DNA of 63,140 nt, filler included, from Asterionella formosa (GCA_002256025.1; 14 parts of 14 records of this genome joined end to end with filler, not necessarily neighbours in it), one strand, 5' to 3'. Counted from the whole stretch's first letter, positions 45,839 through 58,781 are shown. Notes: generated from the letters alone by a model not told the origin. Made by a program: numbers and translations.

Positions 45839-47529
45839 CTAACAAGCAGCATGAGGATGAGATTTCAAACGGTTTGCAGCAACTGCTTTCAATGCTCCCT
45901 TTTTGGCAGTGAGCCAAAGCTCTGTGCTTTTATTCTTCTTGCCACAGCTATGGAGAGAATTGTATCCATCTTTCATGTTATCCATGATAGGGATGACAGA
46001 CTCAATGTGGTCGGCAAGGTCTTCTGCCAAAGAAATAGTCACGTTGGCCTTAACCACTACACGAAACATGGATGCATCAACTGAAGCGCCAACTACCAAG
46101 GTGTTCAATTCTCCTCCGTTGGAGAAGTCGTCGAAACTCAAATGATAACCAGACACATACCAGTGACTTTCGGAAAGAGCATGCTGCAGATCAACATCAT
46201 CGTAACTTGTGTCTCCAGAGGGATTAAGACGAGCACCAACCACTGGGAGGCAATGACTATCTCCATCGTCGACGATATGAAATCTAGGTTGACCATCAGC
46301 AAACGCCATGGACTTAAAACGATCACGCAAAAACTTCGCCACGGCCATTTGATTGTTCACCTTCTTTTTGTACCCATCTAAACCAAGTCGTAAGAATTGA
46401 TAGTACTGTGCATATGCAGCAGTGGCTGGACGTGAAAAGTTAAGTGTCATGCTATCGCAGTGACCGCCTAAATAACTGACACTCACAGCAATGTGGTCTG
46501 CAAGATCCTCTCGGTGACGAAAGACAACCCATCCAGTGCCACAGACCGATTCTCCGAACTTGTGACCAGAAGCCGAAATGGACATGACGTTTTCTAAGCG
46601 GAAATCGAAGGGAGGCATGTCATCTTGAAATGGAGCAATGAACCCACCAGAAGCAGCATCAATATGAATACCAATCTGGTATCCCTTTTCGCTGTTAAGT
46701 CTGCCAATGGCCTCGTCAATGTCCCAAATGGGATCATAGGCACCATTATAGTGATTGCCAAGAATACCGACGACAGCAATGGTCTTTTCGTCGCATAAGA
46801 CAGCCATGCTTTCGGCATTGACTTTAAACTTATCCTCGAGGGAAGGCTTGCAAAAGCGCGGTTCGACGTCAAAGTAGCGGAAGAATTTCTCCCAGGCTGC
46901 TTGGAAACAGGTACTGATGACCAAGTTTGGGAAGACGCTGAGGACTTGGCTAGAAGTCAAGCCGTATTTTTTGGCATACCACTAAGCAGAAAAAAAGAGC
47001 AGTTAATGCCAAGGTTAGAACACAGCATTAAAGCAAAAAAGAAATTGCTAAACCTGCAAGACGAAATCCTTACACTTCTCCAACGAAACTTCAGCGCCAA
47101 CCCAGCTAACAAACAAGCTTCCGTACTTCCCACAGTACCTGCTCCACTATAATCTCCCTTCACTTCAGGGGCATTCCAAAGCTTGGCAATCATGTTGACA
47201 CAATCATTGTGGATGCGAACACTTGCTGGGTAGACACTGGCATCTGCCAAATTCGTAGCCATACCTAAGAGAATAATGTCCTCTTCTTCGGGTTCAGTGA
47301 TGACATTGACGTAGCTGCTAGTATTCAACCGAGGCTTATTATCCAGCTGATTTTGTTGGACGATACACTCCTTCACATGACGAGCCGGCATTCCAGATTG
47401 AGGTATGGATCCATGAGCGTTGCGGGAAAGTGCTGCATGGCTCGAGGCGAAATACTGCGCCTGATCGTCGCGAAGGGCTAACACTTGGGCTTGAAGCTGT
47501 GCGATGATTTCATCTTTGTTCTCAGACAT
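45839..47529 (-). CDS. GAD: Glutamate decarboxylase, PLP-dependent (intron 46982-47073)
   Basis: LDNKPRLNTSSYV, CVNMIAKLWNAP, TVGSTEACLLAGLALK, WEKFFRYFDVE, HIDAASGGFIAPF, PLP-lysine SGHKFG, TLNFSRP. A phase-0 intron GTAAGG..TAG joins WRS to WYAKK. Confidence 0.96.
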
Positions 47530-48170
47530 GGTGAGTTCGTTAGGAAAGGATTGATAGACGGCGACGAATGAAGGCGATACAGGTGTATCTGACCGATTTT
47601 TCTAGTTTTTTTGTCGACTCAAACAACTCGTAGTAAGCAATAAATTTCTTTTCCATTATTAATAATAAACGCTTTCATTTTTAAGATTCTCTGATTTTAT
47701 AATACAAGCAGACTTCAGTTGACCAAACATTTTTACATAAGCAAAGTGTTCCTTTCTTTCGATAATAGTTATGTATGTAGAATTATCTTTCAAGTAACGG
47801 TATGATAGATCAATATACCAAATCCAACAGTATTCTTTTACATATGTATTCTTCAAAACAATACCGCTGTCAAGGAGTCTATCTTATGTTCGCGAAGAAT
47901 GTCACTGTGGTGACTTGTGATTATCGTAGCCATCTACCTATGACCCCTACGATATGTACATACGCATGCGGGATTCTACATACCCGGTATGCCAATCTGG
48001 GCAAATGCAAATGCAAATGCAAGTGAAAGATAATGCTGATCATAAGAAATTGGCGGTGCGTGTCAGATTACCGGTATGGTTGTGCGTCGTGCATTCGTAC
48101 ATGTGCATACGAGCTACAGGGATCGGGTATCGGGTGGAGTACACTACCAGGTACCGGTAGCTAAGAATGT

Positions 48171-48256
48171 TGAGCGATCCCGCAAAACGATATAAATGTA
48201 TATAGGGTTAAGGATAAATCAAGTTTATGAGAACTTGAACATGTGAGAACTCAAAC
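48171..48256 (+). mobile_element. Start of an LTR related to the 14134 Gypsy LTR (cut by contig end)
   Basis: TGAGCGATCCCGCAAAACGATATAAATGTATATAGGGTTA resembles TGAGCGATCTTGCGCATCAATACAGATGTATATAGGGTTA. Confidence 0.65.
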
Positions 48257-48356
48257 NNNNNNNNNNNNNNNNNNNNNNNNNNNNNNNNNNNNNNNNNNNN
48301 TTAATTAATTAANNNNNNNNNNNNNNNNNNNNNNNNNNNNNNNNNNNNNNNNNNNN

Positions 48357-49633
48357 AACATATTGGAGGAATGGGTATCTATCAAGGGAAAGGAACTCTT
48401 TGGGGGAAATGTTTCAATGAGATTGCATTTCTTCAATGCCGAAAATCCTTTCAAAAAAGTAACATTTGCATTGATTGAGCAGTGCTTGATCAAAAGAAAT
48501 TCAAAAATCCGACCACGAGTGCCATTTGTTGTACTAAGGTTGGCACAGACTAACAAAAGTAATTCCTCGTGTGTTTCGACATATGCCAGTATGTCCTCCC
48601 AAAAGAAGGTTTGATATGCTACCAACACCAAAGGATACAATGGCTCGTAGTGATGAGTGAGACCCTCCAATACTTTCTGTCATAATACATGGCATTGCCT
48701 GTATTTGACAAAATGCAACCAACTGCTGATGTTGTGATACCCTCATACTCTAATTCCGTTTTCTTGTCATGCAATTTTCCAAGAGAAAATAGAATTGAGC
48801 ACAATTCACCCTTTTCATAATTGGCAATTGAAAAGTTGAAGGAAATCAGATTCCTCACTTGTAAGGGCACCCCACCAGTCACCTTGAATATTTCTTTGCC
48901 GTCATTCCGTATAGCCACTTCATTAAAAGCAAGCTCTATTTCTGCTAAATTCATTTTGCAAGGGTGATCATACTCCACAAACCCTCGATGACTTTCCCAC
49001 TTTCTGATCCGCCTCCAAGCGCTTGAAATAATCTTTGAGCTTTCCCTCTAGCAGCCCTCGTAAGATGGCAACCCTCTGGTCATAATTTTGATTCCGCTCC
49101 TTCTCCTTCTACTCCAATAGAAATTTGACCCTCTCGTCTATAACCTTTATTAAGGAGACTTCCTCCTGCTCATCATTTTGTTTCTGGCGTTTTGTCGTTC
49201 CTTTGTCTTTTCAACAGTAGCGAGTATTTGTATGGGATAAATGATACGAAATGATACGTGAGTATTAGGAGCTGTGACCTACAATACAATAGAAAGTATT
49301 CCATGAGATCAAAACACATACCAATATCAGGTTTAATGACCACGATCAGGATCACGATCACGATCACAAACGCATTCTTGCTGCTAGTTCCCCAATTCAG
49401 ATGAACAACCAGACCTCCAGGTCTCAGGGTTGGATCATCAGCTCCCTCAGAAACCGGCACTTGAGTTCCAGGTGGGTACACACGGAGTTGCGCTGAATCT
49501 ATGGCACTCAGACTATTTTCACATTTAATCTTCACAGCTTTCTCAAGTCAGAAATGTCAGCATTCTGATTCAAAGTGACATAAACTGGCAATAGTCCTGC
49601 GTTTCCAAGGAACAAGTGGAACCAAACCTTCAT
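48357..49633 (-). pseudogene. Crinkler (CRN/CR)-like gene remnant: ubiquitin-like header plus NTPase/REase fragments
   Basis: MKVWFHL..ADISDL/KAVK.KCENSLSAIDSAQLRVYPPGT..LRPG..GTSSKNAFVIV, then VGKS, TGGVPLQV and GRIFE. Frameshift near 49540, TAG at 49109-49111, and further frame breaks near 48995 and 48670. Confidence 0.68.
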
Positions 49634-49845
49634 TGTTTTCTACCTGATTGTGGTGGGTACCTGGTTGGGAGTACAAGACAATGGAAGTGAGAGGAAAGGA
49701 GAGGAGAGAAGGGGAGAACCTTCTGTCAATGAATAAACAAGGGTCNNNNNNNNNNNNNNNNNNNNNNNNNNNNNNNNNNNNNNNNNNNNTTAATTAATTA
49801 ANNNNNNNNNNNNNNNNNNNNNNNNNNNNNNNNNNNNNNNNNNNN

Positions 49846-51151
49846 CACTTGATTGATTATCCAATAGTATCCAGTCACGCATCTCAGATGCTTGGTAAAA
49901 TTGTAGTTTTATATGAGCTCCCGTCCATCCAAATTGATTGGCATTTGCTTGTTGTGAAGCTTGTGATGACGGCGGGTTGTTGGAATTAACAGAGGTAACT
50001 GTACTCGTGTCGGATGTATTAGTAGCCTGTGCCTGTGCATGGCTTTGAGCCTTGTTGATAGCCCATTCCTCTTTGGGTTTATTCTTGTCTCGGCACGAAG
50101 GGGATTTGTGACCTGCTTTTCCGCAGCAGTAACATTTTCCTTCTAACTGTGCGAACGATAAGTTCACGTCTTCGTCTTCCCTGCCTGCATCCTTCTGTTT
50201 CTTCTCTTTATCATTATCTCCTGGTTTCTTGTAGACGGATTTATTTGTTATGTCAAACCGATGGTTGCTGAGAACATTATTTGATTCGGTGATTGTCTTT
50301 GGGTATTGATCGTTGCCGAGTGATTGTTGAGTGTTCAGCCCGGTCATAATTGATCCGTATTTGGCCTTGTCGGCATTATCAAGATATATATATGCCATAA
50401 ATTGACTGAAAGCTTGTTCACGAAATTTATCTCGTTGTTTGATGTCGGTCTCGTTGTATCCATCCATGGCTTCAACGAACTTGGTGAGGATAATGGGTCC
50501 TCCCATGTGTGACTTGAGCACATCACGTGCCACACGGAATCTCTTGGTGTAGTCTTGTAGACTTTCTCCTTCTTTCTGCTTTGTAAATAAAAGCGTTTTC
50601 ATCGCATCTAAAATGATCGACATAAAATATCGATTTTCTTGAAAATTTAGTGCGTGTTCTTTAATTGCCATAAGCAATGTTATTGGGTTATTTTCGATCC
50701 TATTGTAATTGGATCTCGCTTCAATCTTGTTCTTCATGGCTTTGTTGCATCTTTCCCAGAGCAACGCATATGCCTTGGTATTATTATTTTCGTAGGCCTG
50801 TACCCTTTTACTGTAGGTGTCATAGTCAGCCTTGTCTTCAATCTCATATTGTCGATTCTCTGCAGCGCGATCTTCTTCTGTTGTTGCAATGCTCACTTGC
50901 ATTCTTGGCTTCCATGCCAATGTGCTCATTGGTTCTAATAACTCGAGCGCGGTTCCTATGTCGTTGCCATAGTCGAACACTTTCTTGATATGATTGATGA
51001 GGTACTCAGTAGTAGTCTCATAATCAGATGCCTGCTTCGATGATCCGAGGTAGTAGTTATAGTCATTGACTGACTTCTTGATTGATTGAGAAGCAATATT
51101 GCTCCCTCCCTTGGCTTGAGCCTTCTTGGTAAACTTTCCTTTGCCACTCAT
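49846..51151 (-). mobile_element. Ty1/copia (CoDi-type) gag-protease fragment, frame intact
   Basis: QKEGESLQDYTKRF, CCHC knuckle CYCCGKAGHKSPSC, protease motif WILLDNQS. Confidence 0.88.
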
Positions 51152-51334
51152 GATGCGCCTTGTGCGACTTCTTCAGACTCTGGATGGTCTGGTACCCTCA
51201 GATCTTGTCTCCGGACTCTCAATTGTCCGCTTGTNNNNNNNNNNNNNNNNNNNNNNNNNNNNNNNNNNNNNNNNNNNNTTAATTAATTAANNNNNNNNNN
51301 NNNNNNNNNNNNNNNNNNNNNNNNNNNNNNNNNN

Positions 51335-52729
51335 GAGCGGAGAATGCTCAAATATTAAATACACTTGAAGAAAACAAAACATTTTACACTGAACGTCAAT
51401 TTCAGAGAGCTAAGCGAGCTCGTGATCTATTTCATGCCTTGGGTACACCATCAATTAATGATTTCAAGGCAATAATTCGTATGAATACGATCAACAATAA
51501 TCCAGTGACTACCGATGATGTCAAAATTCCAGAGAAAATTTTTGGACCTGACATCGGAACACTAAAAGGCAAGACAACTCGTCGCAAGCCGCTGCCAGTC
51601 GTGAACAACTACATCGAGATTCCTAAGGAGCTTATCCAAGCTCAACGCGAAGTGATTCTTTGCATGGATGGAAAGAAAGTGAATGGACAATCATTTCTCA
51701 CAACAATTTCTCGAAACATTATGTATAGGACAGCGCAATGGGTCAAGAATAAGACAGCTGAAGTCTATCGAGATGCTTTGATTCAAGTATTCCATGTTTA
51801 TAATACCGGAAGATTTAAAATTACAACAATCCACTGTGACAACGAGTTTCGACCTTTGATGGAACAAATTTCCAATGAATTTCAAGTCACTATGAACTAC
51901 GCAAACCCACAAGAACATGTTCCCGAAGCGGAGCGAAATAATCGAGTGATTAAAGAACGCGTGCGCGCAGCTTATCATCGATTACCTTTCAAACATTTGC
52001 AGCGAATGATGATTAAGATTCTAGTGACAGAATCTGCAAGGAAACTGAACTTCTTTCCGGCAAAGAACGGGATATCCCCGTATTGCAGTCCTCGTATGAT
52101 TCTACATCAACGAAACCTGGACTATGCTCGACATTGCCAGTACACATTTGGCACTTATGTCCAAGCACATGAAGAACCTGTGTTTTCAAACACTAATGCA
52201 CCTCGCAGCCTAGATTGCATTTTTCTACGCTACAATGACAATGTGCAAGGAGGTCATGAATTGTTACACCTACCTACAAATTCATTGATCACTAGACGAA
52301 CAATTACTCCTCTACCACTTAACCCAGCAATCATGAATCAAGTACACGCCCTTTCTGTGCAGGAAAATATGCCAGATGGTCTCAAGATATCAAATCGAAC
52401 GGGACAACTATTTTATGATAGTGCTTGGATTGCAGGAGTGGATTATGATAACGAAGCATTTGAAGATGCACAAGATGAAGATTATGAAGATCAAGATGCT
52501 AGTGACAACGAAAGCAATGATGAAATTCTCGGAGAAGAAGACTATGACGAAATGACTCCGGATGAAATATATGAAGCAGAACAGCTCGAATTAAACGACA
52601 ATACTCAAGATCAAGAGGATGACCCTGAACCTGACGAGGGCAACAATGAGAATAATATCGAAATGAATTCAGAAGAAATCCAAGATGAGGATGAAGAGCC
52701 AGCAAATGAAACCGAAAATGAAGAGGCAA
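51335..52729 (+). mobile_element. Ty1/copia (CoDi-type) integrase fragment, frame intact
   Basis: IFGPDIGTLKGKTTR, DDE core (LCMD, HCDNEF, EHVPEAERNNRVIKER), FGTYVQAHE..NTNAPR and an acidic linker. Confidence 0.88.
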
Positions 52730-53069
52730 NNNNNNNNNNNNNNNNNNNNNNNNNNNNNNNNNNNNNNNNNNNNTTAATTAATTAANNNNNNNNNNNNNNN
52801 NNNNNNNNNNNNNNNNNNNNNNNNNNNNNCGCAACGCAACAAAACTTGCCACAACGACGAATCAAACGGTTTCGAATATGAGGAGTGGTTGGAACGAAGA
52901 GACTTGTCATAAACATGACACTTCTGTCCGACTCGGTCGATGGAGCAAAAGAAACAACACCAGCGTCCGGTTATTTGCAAATGGCTGTACTTGATTAAAA
53001 ACAAATAACCATTTTGTTAGTAACTATTTATGAGTAAATAAAAATTCTTACTTTCATCTTTCCCCATAG

Positions 53070-53294
53070 GAATCAAGCAAAAACGAAAGTAGTCCTGACG
53101 AGGAATACTGTGCCGTCGATCCGGAAAGTGGGGAACTCATTCGTCTCACAGTAGCCGAAAAGGAGCGTATCTTTCTGGACGCGCTTCAGTCCTACGATGC
53201 CACTGGAAGGCAAATGCTTAAGGATGACGAGTTTGACCTATTGAAGGAAGATTTCCAATGGAACGGATCTGAGCATATATACCGGTATAGCTAA
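53070..53294 (+). pseudogene. PGRL1: PGRL1-like exon fragment, copy 2
   Basis: Acceptor AG at 53068-53069, then ESSKNESSPDEEYCAVDPESGELIRLTVAEKERIFLDALQSYDATGRQMLKDDEFDLLKEDFQWNGSE. Similarity stops at 53273 and a TAA follows at 53292-53294. Confidence 0.8.
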
Positions 53295-54114
53295 AACAAG
53301 GAAAGACGACACGACAATGAACGTGATGGCTGGTTGTTGAGGATACCGGTATAAGACTATATACTAATGGTGAGTGACAATCCGGTTTATACTGATGTTC
53401 ATCACTGAATAATAGTGTAAAGTGTTTCTTACTTGGTATATAATAACGAGGTTATTAATGCTGCTTTACTATAATAACCTAGGTTTTTTGTCGTAAAGTC
53501 TGACTTGGTGGCGTCAGACTTTGGACTCAAGTCATGATCTATTTCTAACGGTATTATAGAGAGTATGTATTTAAATTTTATGGTCAGAATATCGGTATAC
53601 TTAGTAGCTGCATATGGATTCGAAAGATTTGCTTCTCTGTGTTCATATATGAATATTGAAATGTCATTTGTTATTTGATACATATGGAGAGTATCCGGCA
53701 GTCGTTTCAGTTGGAGCAGCCTCGCTCAATATACATAAATACTGACAGGTCGTACAATCAAGGAGTGATAATAGTTTACAAACATACCCGCATATATATT
53801 CAATATGTAATTTTACAGTATATGCATCAAAATGGAAAGAATGTGACAACAAGCAGCAGGTACCTGTTACAGGTACCAGGTACCTGGTACCAAGCTCCAT
53901 TTGACATACCGGTACTGGTATTTACATTTCACAGGTAGTTGATGTTTGTTTCTCGGAAGCAAAATTTACCTCGGCCTGATCTCCTACTTGGCATTTTGTC
54001 CAAAGCCGCAAGGCATTTCCGCTCTCTTCTCCCTGTGAGCCATTGAGATTACTGGAGTTTTGAGCTATCAAGTTGACTGCGACTTTGGTCCAAGTCGCCG
54101 GCGACTGACGAGTC

Positions 54115-54217
54115 ATGAAGGCAACTGCTGTTTTGCATCCCGCTTATCCCCTCTATCTTTTCGTCGTCTTGACTGCTCTGTCGAAAGCGTCATCCCAAGA
54201 CGAACCTCTGCCCTTTC
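54115..54217 (+). CDS. 5' end of a probable secreted protein (cut by contig end)
   Basis: MKATAVLHPAYPLYLFVVLTALSKASSQDEPLPF is signal-peptide-like and open to the contig end. Confidence 0.45.
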
Positions 54218-54317
54218 NNNNNNNNNNNNNNNNNNNNNNNNNNNNNNNNNNNNNNNNNNNNTTAATTAATTAANNNNNNNNNNNNNNNNNNNNNNNNNNN
54301 NNNNNNNNNNNNNNNNN

Positions 54318-55706
54318 GAAAACCCCACCAGTTACCACCAGGAAAGGTTGGATGGTATGGCCAAGAAGTTCACTACAACATGTCACCAGGTGGCAGAGGA
54401 CCTGAACCTCCACCAACGGGTGGCGGGACAAAACCCACCAAGAGTGACAGGACAGGTACGTCGGGCGATTGAGCCCCGAAGGAGGATTTTCCGGGAAACC
54501 CGGAGGGCGGAGTCGCGAGGAGACCGTGAAGATGTAGCACGGCTTGGGGACATGTACAAGGCTGCCAAAGAGAGGGCGCGGAAGGTGATCCGCCTCTCGG
54601 GTAGGCGGGCATGGTATAAGGCAATTAGGGAGGCTCACGTCAATATGCGCGAGAAACCTCGCCACTATTGGCGGTGGGCCTCAGCGACTGCAGGATGGCG
54701 CCAGAAGAGCAGCATCGCAGGTGTCCAACCGGTCCTTGGCCCGGACGGACGCCTGCTGACAGCTTTGACTGATATTCATCAGGCCTGGGGAGCGCACTAT
54801 GCCTCTCTAGCAGCAGATGAAACCGGTCATAGCCAGGAGGCCCAATATTGGGAGAAATTTGACCCGCACCCACAGGCAAATGAGGGGATCCGTTCGCTGG
54901 ACGAACCCTTCACAACCTCCGATATTTGGACTGCCCTGAGGAAGATGAAGAGCCATCGTGCTCCGGGCGGTGACGGGATACCCACTGAACTGCTACAGGC
55001 ATGTTTGGCGGAGGAACGGGCCCTACTTTCCCACCTTCAAAACTATCGGGAAGAGGAGCCCGCCCCGCCACCATCCGCTCCAATGACGGACTCACTAGGA
55101 ACCCTACTCAACTTTGCGTATGAGAGGGGACTGGTGGCCCAGTCGTGGGCTGAGTCACTGGTCGTCTCAATACCTAAGAAAGGGGACTTGGCTGATATGA
55201 ACAACTATCGGGGGATTTCGCTCATGGCCACTGTCCTCAAGGTGGTGTGTGTGATCCTTGGTACCAGGATAAATGTGGAAGCGGAATCTCGAGGGCTGTT
55301 TAGCCGAGCCCAGGCTGGCTTTCGCCAGAGAGAGGAATGTGTAACCCAGGTAGCCTGTGTCATGGAAATCATACAACGCCGGAGGATAGTGGGAGAGCCG
55401 ACCTACGTGGTATTCGTAGACCTCAAGAAGGCATATGATACGGTGCCCCACGAGGCGCTCTTTGCGAAACTATCCAGGTTTGGGATCAGGGGACGTTGCC
55501 TTGCTTTTCTACGTGCCCTTTATCGCAGCAGTACAATCAGGGTACGAGTGGGGGGTGGCTTGACTGCCCTGTACTCGGACCCCTGCAGACTGTTGCGAGG
55601 TGTGCGGCAGGGTTGCCCTCTTTCGCCTATACTGTTCAACATCTTCATTGATGACTTGGCAGTGGGGACGGAGGAGAGCGGTGCCCTGGTACCAACTGGG
55701 GACAGT
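54318..55706 (+). mobile_element. Non-LTR (LINE) retrotransposon reverse transcriptase fragment
   Basis: APGGDGIP, NYRGISL, QAGFR, FVDLKKAYDTV, GVRQGCPLSPILFNIFIDDL. GC-rich and open across the whole contig. Confidence 0.95.
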
Positions 55707-55806
55707 NNNNNNNNNNNNNNNNNNNNNNNNNNNNNNNNNNNNNNNNNNNNTTAATTAATTAANNNNNNNNNNNNNNNNNNNNNNNNNNNNNNNNNNNNNN
55801 NNNNNN

Positions 55807-57194
55807 TCATGATAACTCATCCAGAAGATCAAGAGGTTTCCGCCAAGGAAGATTTGAGGTTGATTGTCATTTTGCTTGATCGACAATGCGTGGCAACAAG
55901 TGTTTGAGTGGAACAATGAAAAGAACAAAAAAATTGATTCGCTTGGTTTTGACTTACTTCGAGAGTCAACTATCATTAAAAGATCAACTCAAGCACATCC
56001 TCAAGCATGAGTTCTACCATAAGCCGAAATCGACTTCGCATCGCTTGTTGAAGGCAATCGTGTTATGTCGAGAGAACGCGCATGCCTGGTGTCGATTTTC
56101 TAACACAAAATCGTAAATAAATAGTTGAAGTTGAAGACAATTCCATGACGCATCAAGAAAATAAGCGTGACTGGTGTCAATTTTAACAAAAGATCGTCTT
56201 CGCATTGCTAAATGCAGTCCTGTGATGTATCAAGAATACAAACTCCATTTCAAGCGTAAATTTGTACATGATAATTTTATACTCAGTGGTGATGGCAGGG
56301 CACATGCATTTTAGTGCAGCCGGCCACGCATGGGATATGAAACAACGGTCAAACATAAGATTCATGGAGTTAACATTACTAACACTACTAACCTTGTTCC
56401 TGTTCGGAATCCTGTGCCTGTTCCACATGCTCGTATGTTAAATACATGGAGTCATAATACTCGTCCATCCGGTTGGGGTACCGTGCCACGTGCCGATCCT
56501 ACCGAGAATACATCTGCCCAGGAAATTTCAGTGGTCACGAACCCTCCTGCTGGCCAGATAGTGACTTTTGTCCCTACTATACAACAGCAGATTGCTGATC
56601 GCCATTACAGAGGTATGTGCGATAATAGCGATGCTATTTATAATGACTCGTTGAGTATATCTCACGTTAGTCATCACCTGAATAATATTGTTTATTTACA
56701 GGTTGAATACACTATGGATACCGCGGTTAATGTTACGCGGGATATATATAACTGCATTGATGGACATGATGTTCCATATACATATCAGGGCCCAATTCCG
56801 GTTTCCTGTTTTACTTCTAAGGATATATTAACATCAATTGTTTCCAGAATCCTCGTACTCAAGGTGGTCGAGCAGGTCACATGACTGGTCGTCATAATGG
56901 ATATGGCCGTTCCAGTTTTGGTAGACGAGGACATTTTAGTGGTCATGAACCCTCCTGTTGGTCAGTTAGTGGCCGATGTGCCTAATAAAAAACCAGCAGA
57001 ATGCTGAACATATCGCCTTAACAGAATTATGTGCGACAATAGCAACAATGCTATGATTTTAATAATATACATATATATATATATTTATGAGCGACAGCAC
57101 ATTGAATATGTCTTACGTCAATCATTACCTGAATAACTTTTGTTATTTACAGGATAATTACAGGTTGGATATCACCGCTATTTTAACACGGGAT
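55807..57194 (+). repeat. Second copy of the internal region of the Gypsy element (about 14804-15835), with an internal duplication and a 184-aa ORF (56330-56884)
   Basis: Collinear match such as CTCATCCAGAAGATCAAGAGGT..GTTTTGACTTACTTCGAGAGTCAAC..GGATATCACCGCTATT. 56520-56740 resembles 56930-57194. Confidence 0.9.
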
Positions 57195-58548
57195 NNNNNN
57201 NNNNNNNNNNNNNNNNNNNNNNNNNNNNNNNNNNNNNNTTAATTAATTAANNNNNNNNNNNNNNNNNNNNNNNNNNNNNNNNNNNNNNNNNNNNCCTATT
57301 TGGCAGTGCACAGCATTGAGGTGCAATCCTTCCCATCCAGGCAGGATGAGCTCAACATACATCTCAAACACCCTGCTCCAAAATTTGCTTGCTTTCTGAC
57401 CAGTTGCAGTGATTGCATCTTAACTTCTTGCTGCTAGTACCCAGGCCCGAGAGAGCAGGGCCTTGTCCTCTTCCTTTGCCCACATGACACTGGAACCCAT
57501 CCTGATTGATGATAATTAATTTTTAATGTTGATTTGCAATACATATACTGGTGTGCACCAAGATGATATTGGCCTATGAGTTCTACATGATGAGACTACG
57601 ATGTAGTGAATGTATGTACTATAATAATGTATGCCAGACGAAACCATAAACGTTAGGGGCCGGCGCGAGCCATAATCCTAACCAATAGAAGTACTTCTTT
57701 TATTCGGCTACCGGTAATACGGAAGGAGTCTACCGGTAATCAACCAAATACCTGATATTTGGTCAACAAGGGGGTCATCCTCGACCAAAACCAAAGCATT
57801 TATTTGATCTTGGTCGATGCGGTGGCTGAAATATTTTTGCTTTTTTCGACTAACATGACGCATCATGACGTGTAATGACCTGCAACTTCAATGGGCTTGG
57901 TATTTGGTGAATGCGGTACTGGTAGCGATGCTCCAACGATGATTGTTTGATTTTTAAATAGGGAGTGATGATAGATTGTGACCCTGGAATGACTTCATGC
58001 CGGAAATAATAATCGGTACCAGGTACCAATGATGAATGACATTTATAAATAAAACCTGTTGGGCTGATGTTAGTGTCGAGTTTGCTTGCTTGATGGAGAC
58101 TTTAGGTCCTTCAGAACGGTTGTGTAAAATATAGACGAAGCTATAATTACGTCACCTGTATCATGCTCGTTGGTAAGTTCCGCATACTTTGGGTTTACCT
58201 TCCAATCAGATGGCGGCTATATTCTTCCACATGAGTTTTGGATTGCTGAAATGACTGCATGCCACGCAAAGGAATCTTTCGGAGTGACCGTCTGCGAGCT
58301 CCGGGTACATTGGACCAGGTACCAGGTACTCCTGATAAACTATGCAGGGCGCTAGGACGAAAACCGAAAGTCGCTCAAAGCAAGCAATATGCATGCGTGT
58401 GTGTACCGGGTATGTCAGAATGAATAAATGTGTTAAATACACATACCAGGTACCAGGTTCGGTACTTGAAGTAGTTTTTAATGAATTATCGCACCAAGCG
58501 ATTCTAGAACACAAAAATACCACAACGACAACGACATCCACCACCAGC

Positions 58549-58681
58549 ATGCAGTATGAACAGCCATCTTTCACGCCATTGCCCTCTCGTCCTAGTAGCA
58601 CGCGACCATCATCCTCTCGCCCTAGTGGTGAACGGCCATCTCGCTCTGGTGCTGGCGAACACCGAAAATCGCGCTCTGGAG
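58549..58681 (+). CDS. Possible 5' end of a Ser/Arg/Pro-rich protein (cut by contig end)
   Basis: MQYEQPSFTPLPSRPSSTRPSSSRPSGERPSRSG.. is open to the contig end. Confidence 0.4.
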
Positions 58682-58781
58682 NNNNNNNNNNNNNNNNNNN
58701 NNNNNNNNNNNNNNNNNNNNNNNNNTTAATTAATTAANNNNNNNNNNNNNNNNNNNNNNNNNNNNNNNNNNNNNNNNNNNN

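Noticed and set aside
26439..47529. PDK, Mic60, separase and GAD as a functional gene cluster
   Set aside because: Unrelated functions separated by TE debris; ordinary eukaryotic gene order.
49846..52729. Divergent gag and integrase as one rearranged copia element
   Set aside because: They are on separate contigs joined by a linker, so order and orientation are arbitrary.
24192..53229. PGRL1 copies as giant inverted repeats flanking 29 kb
   Set aside because: They lie on different contigs, so relative orientation is meaningless.
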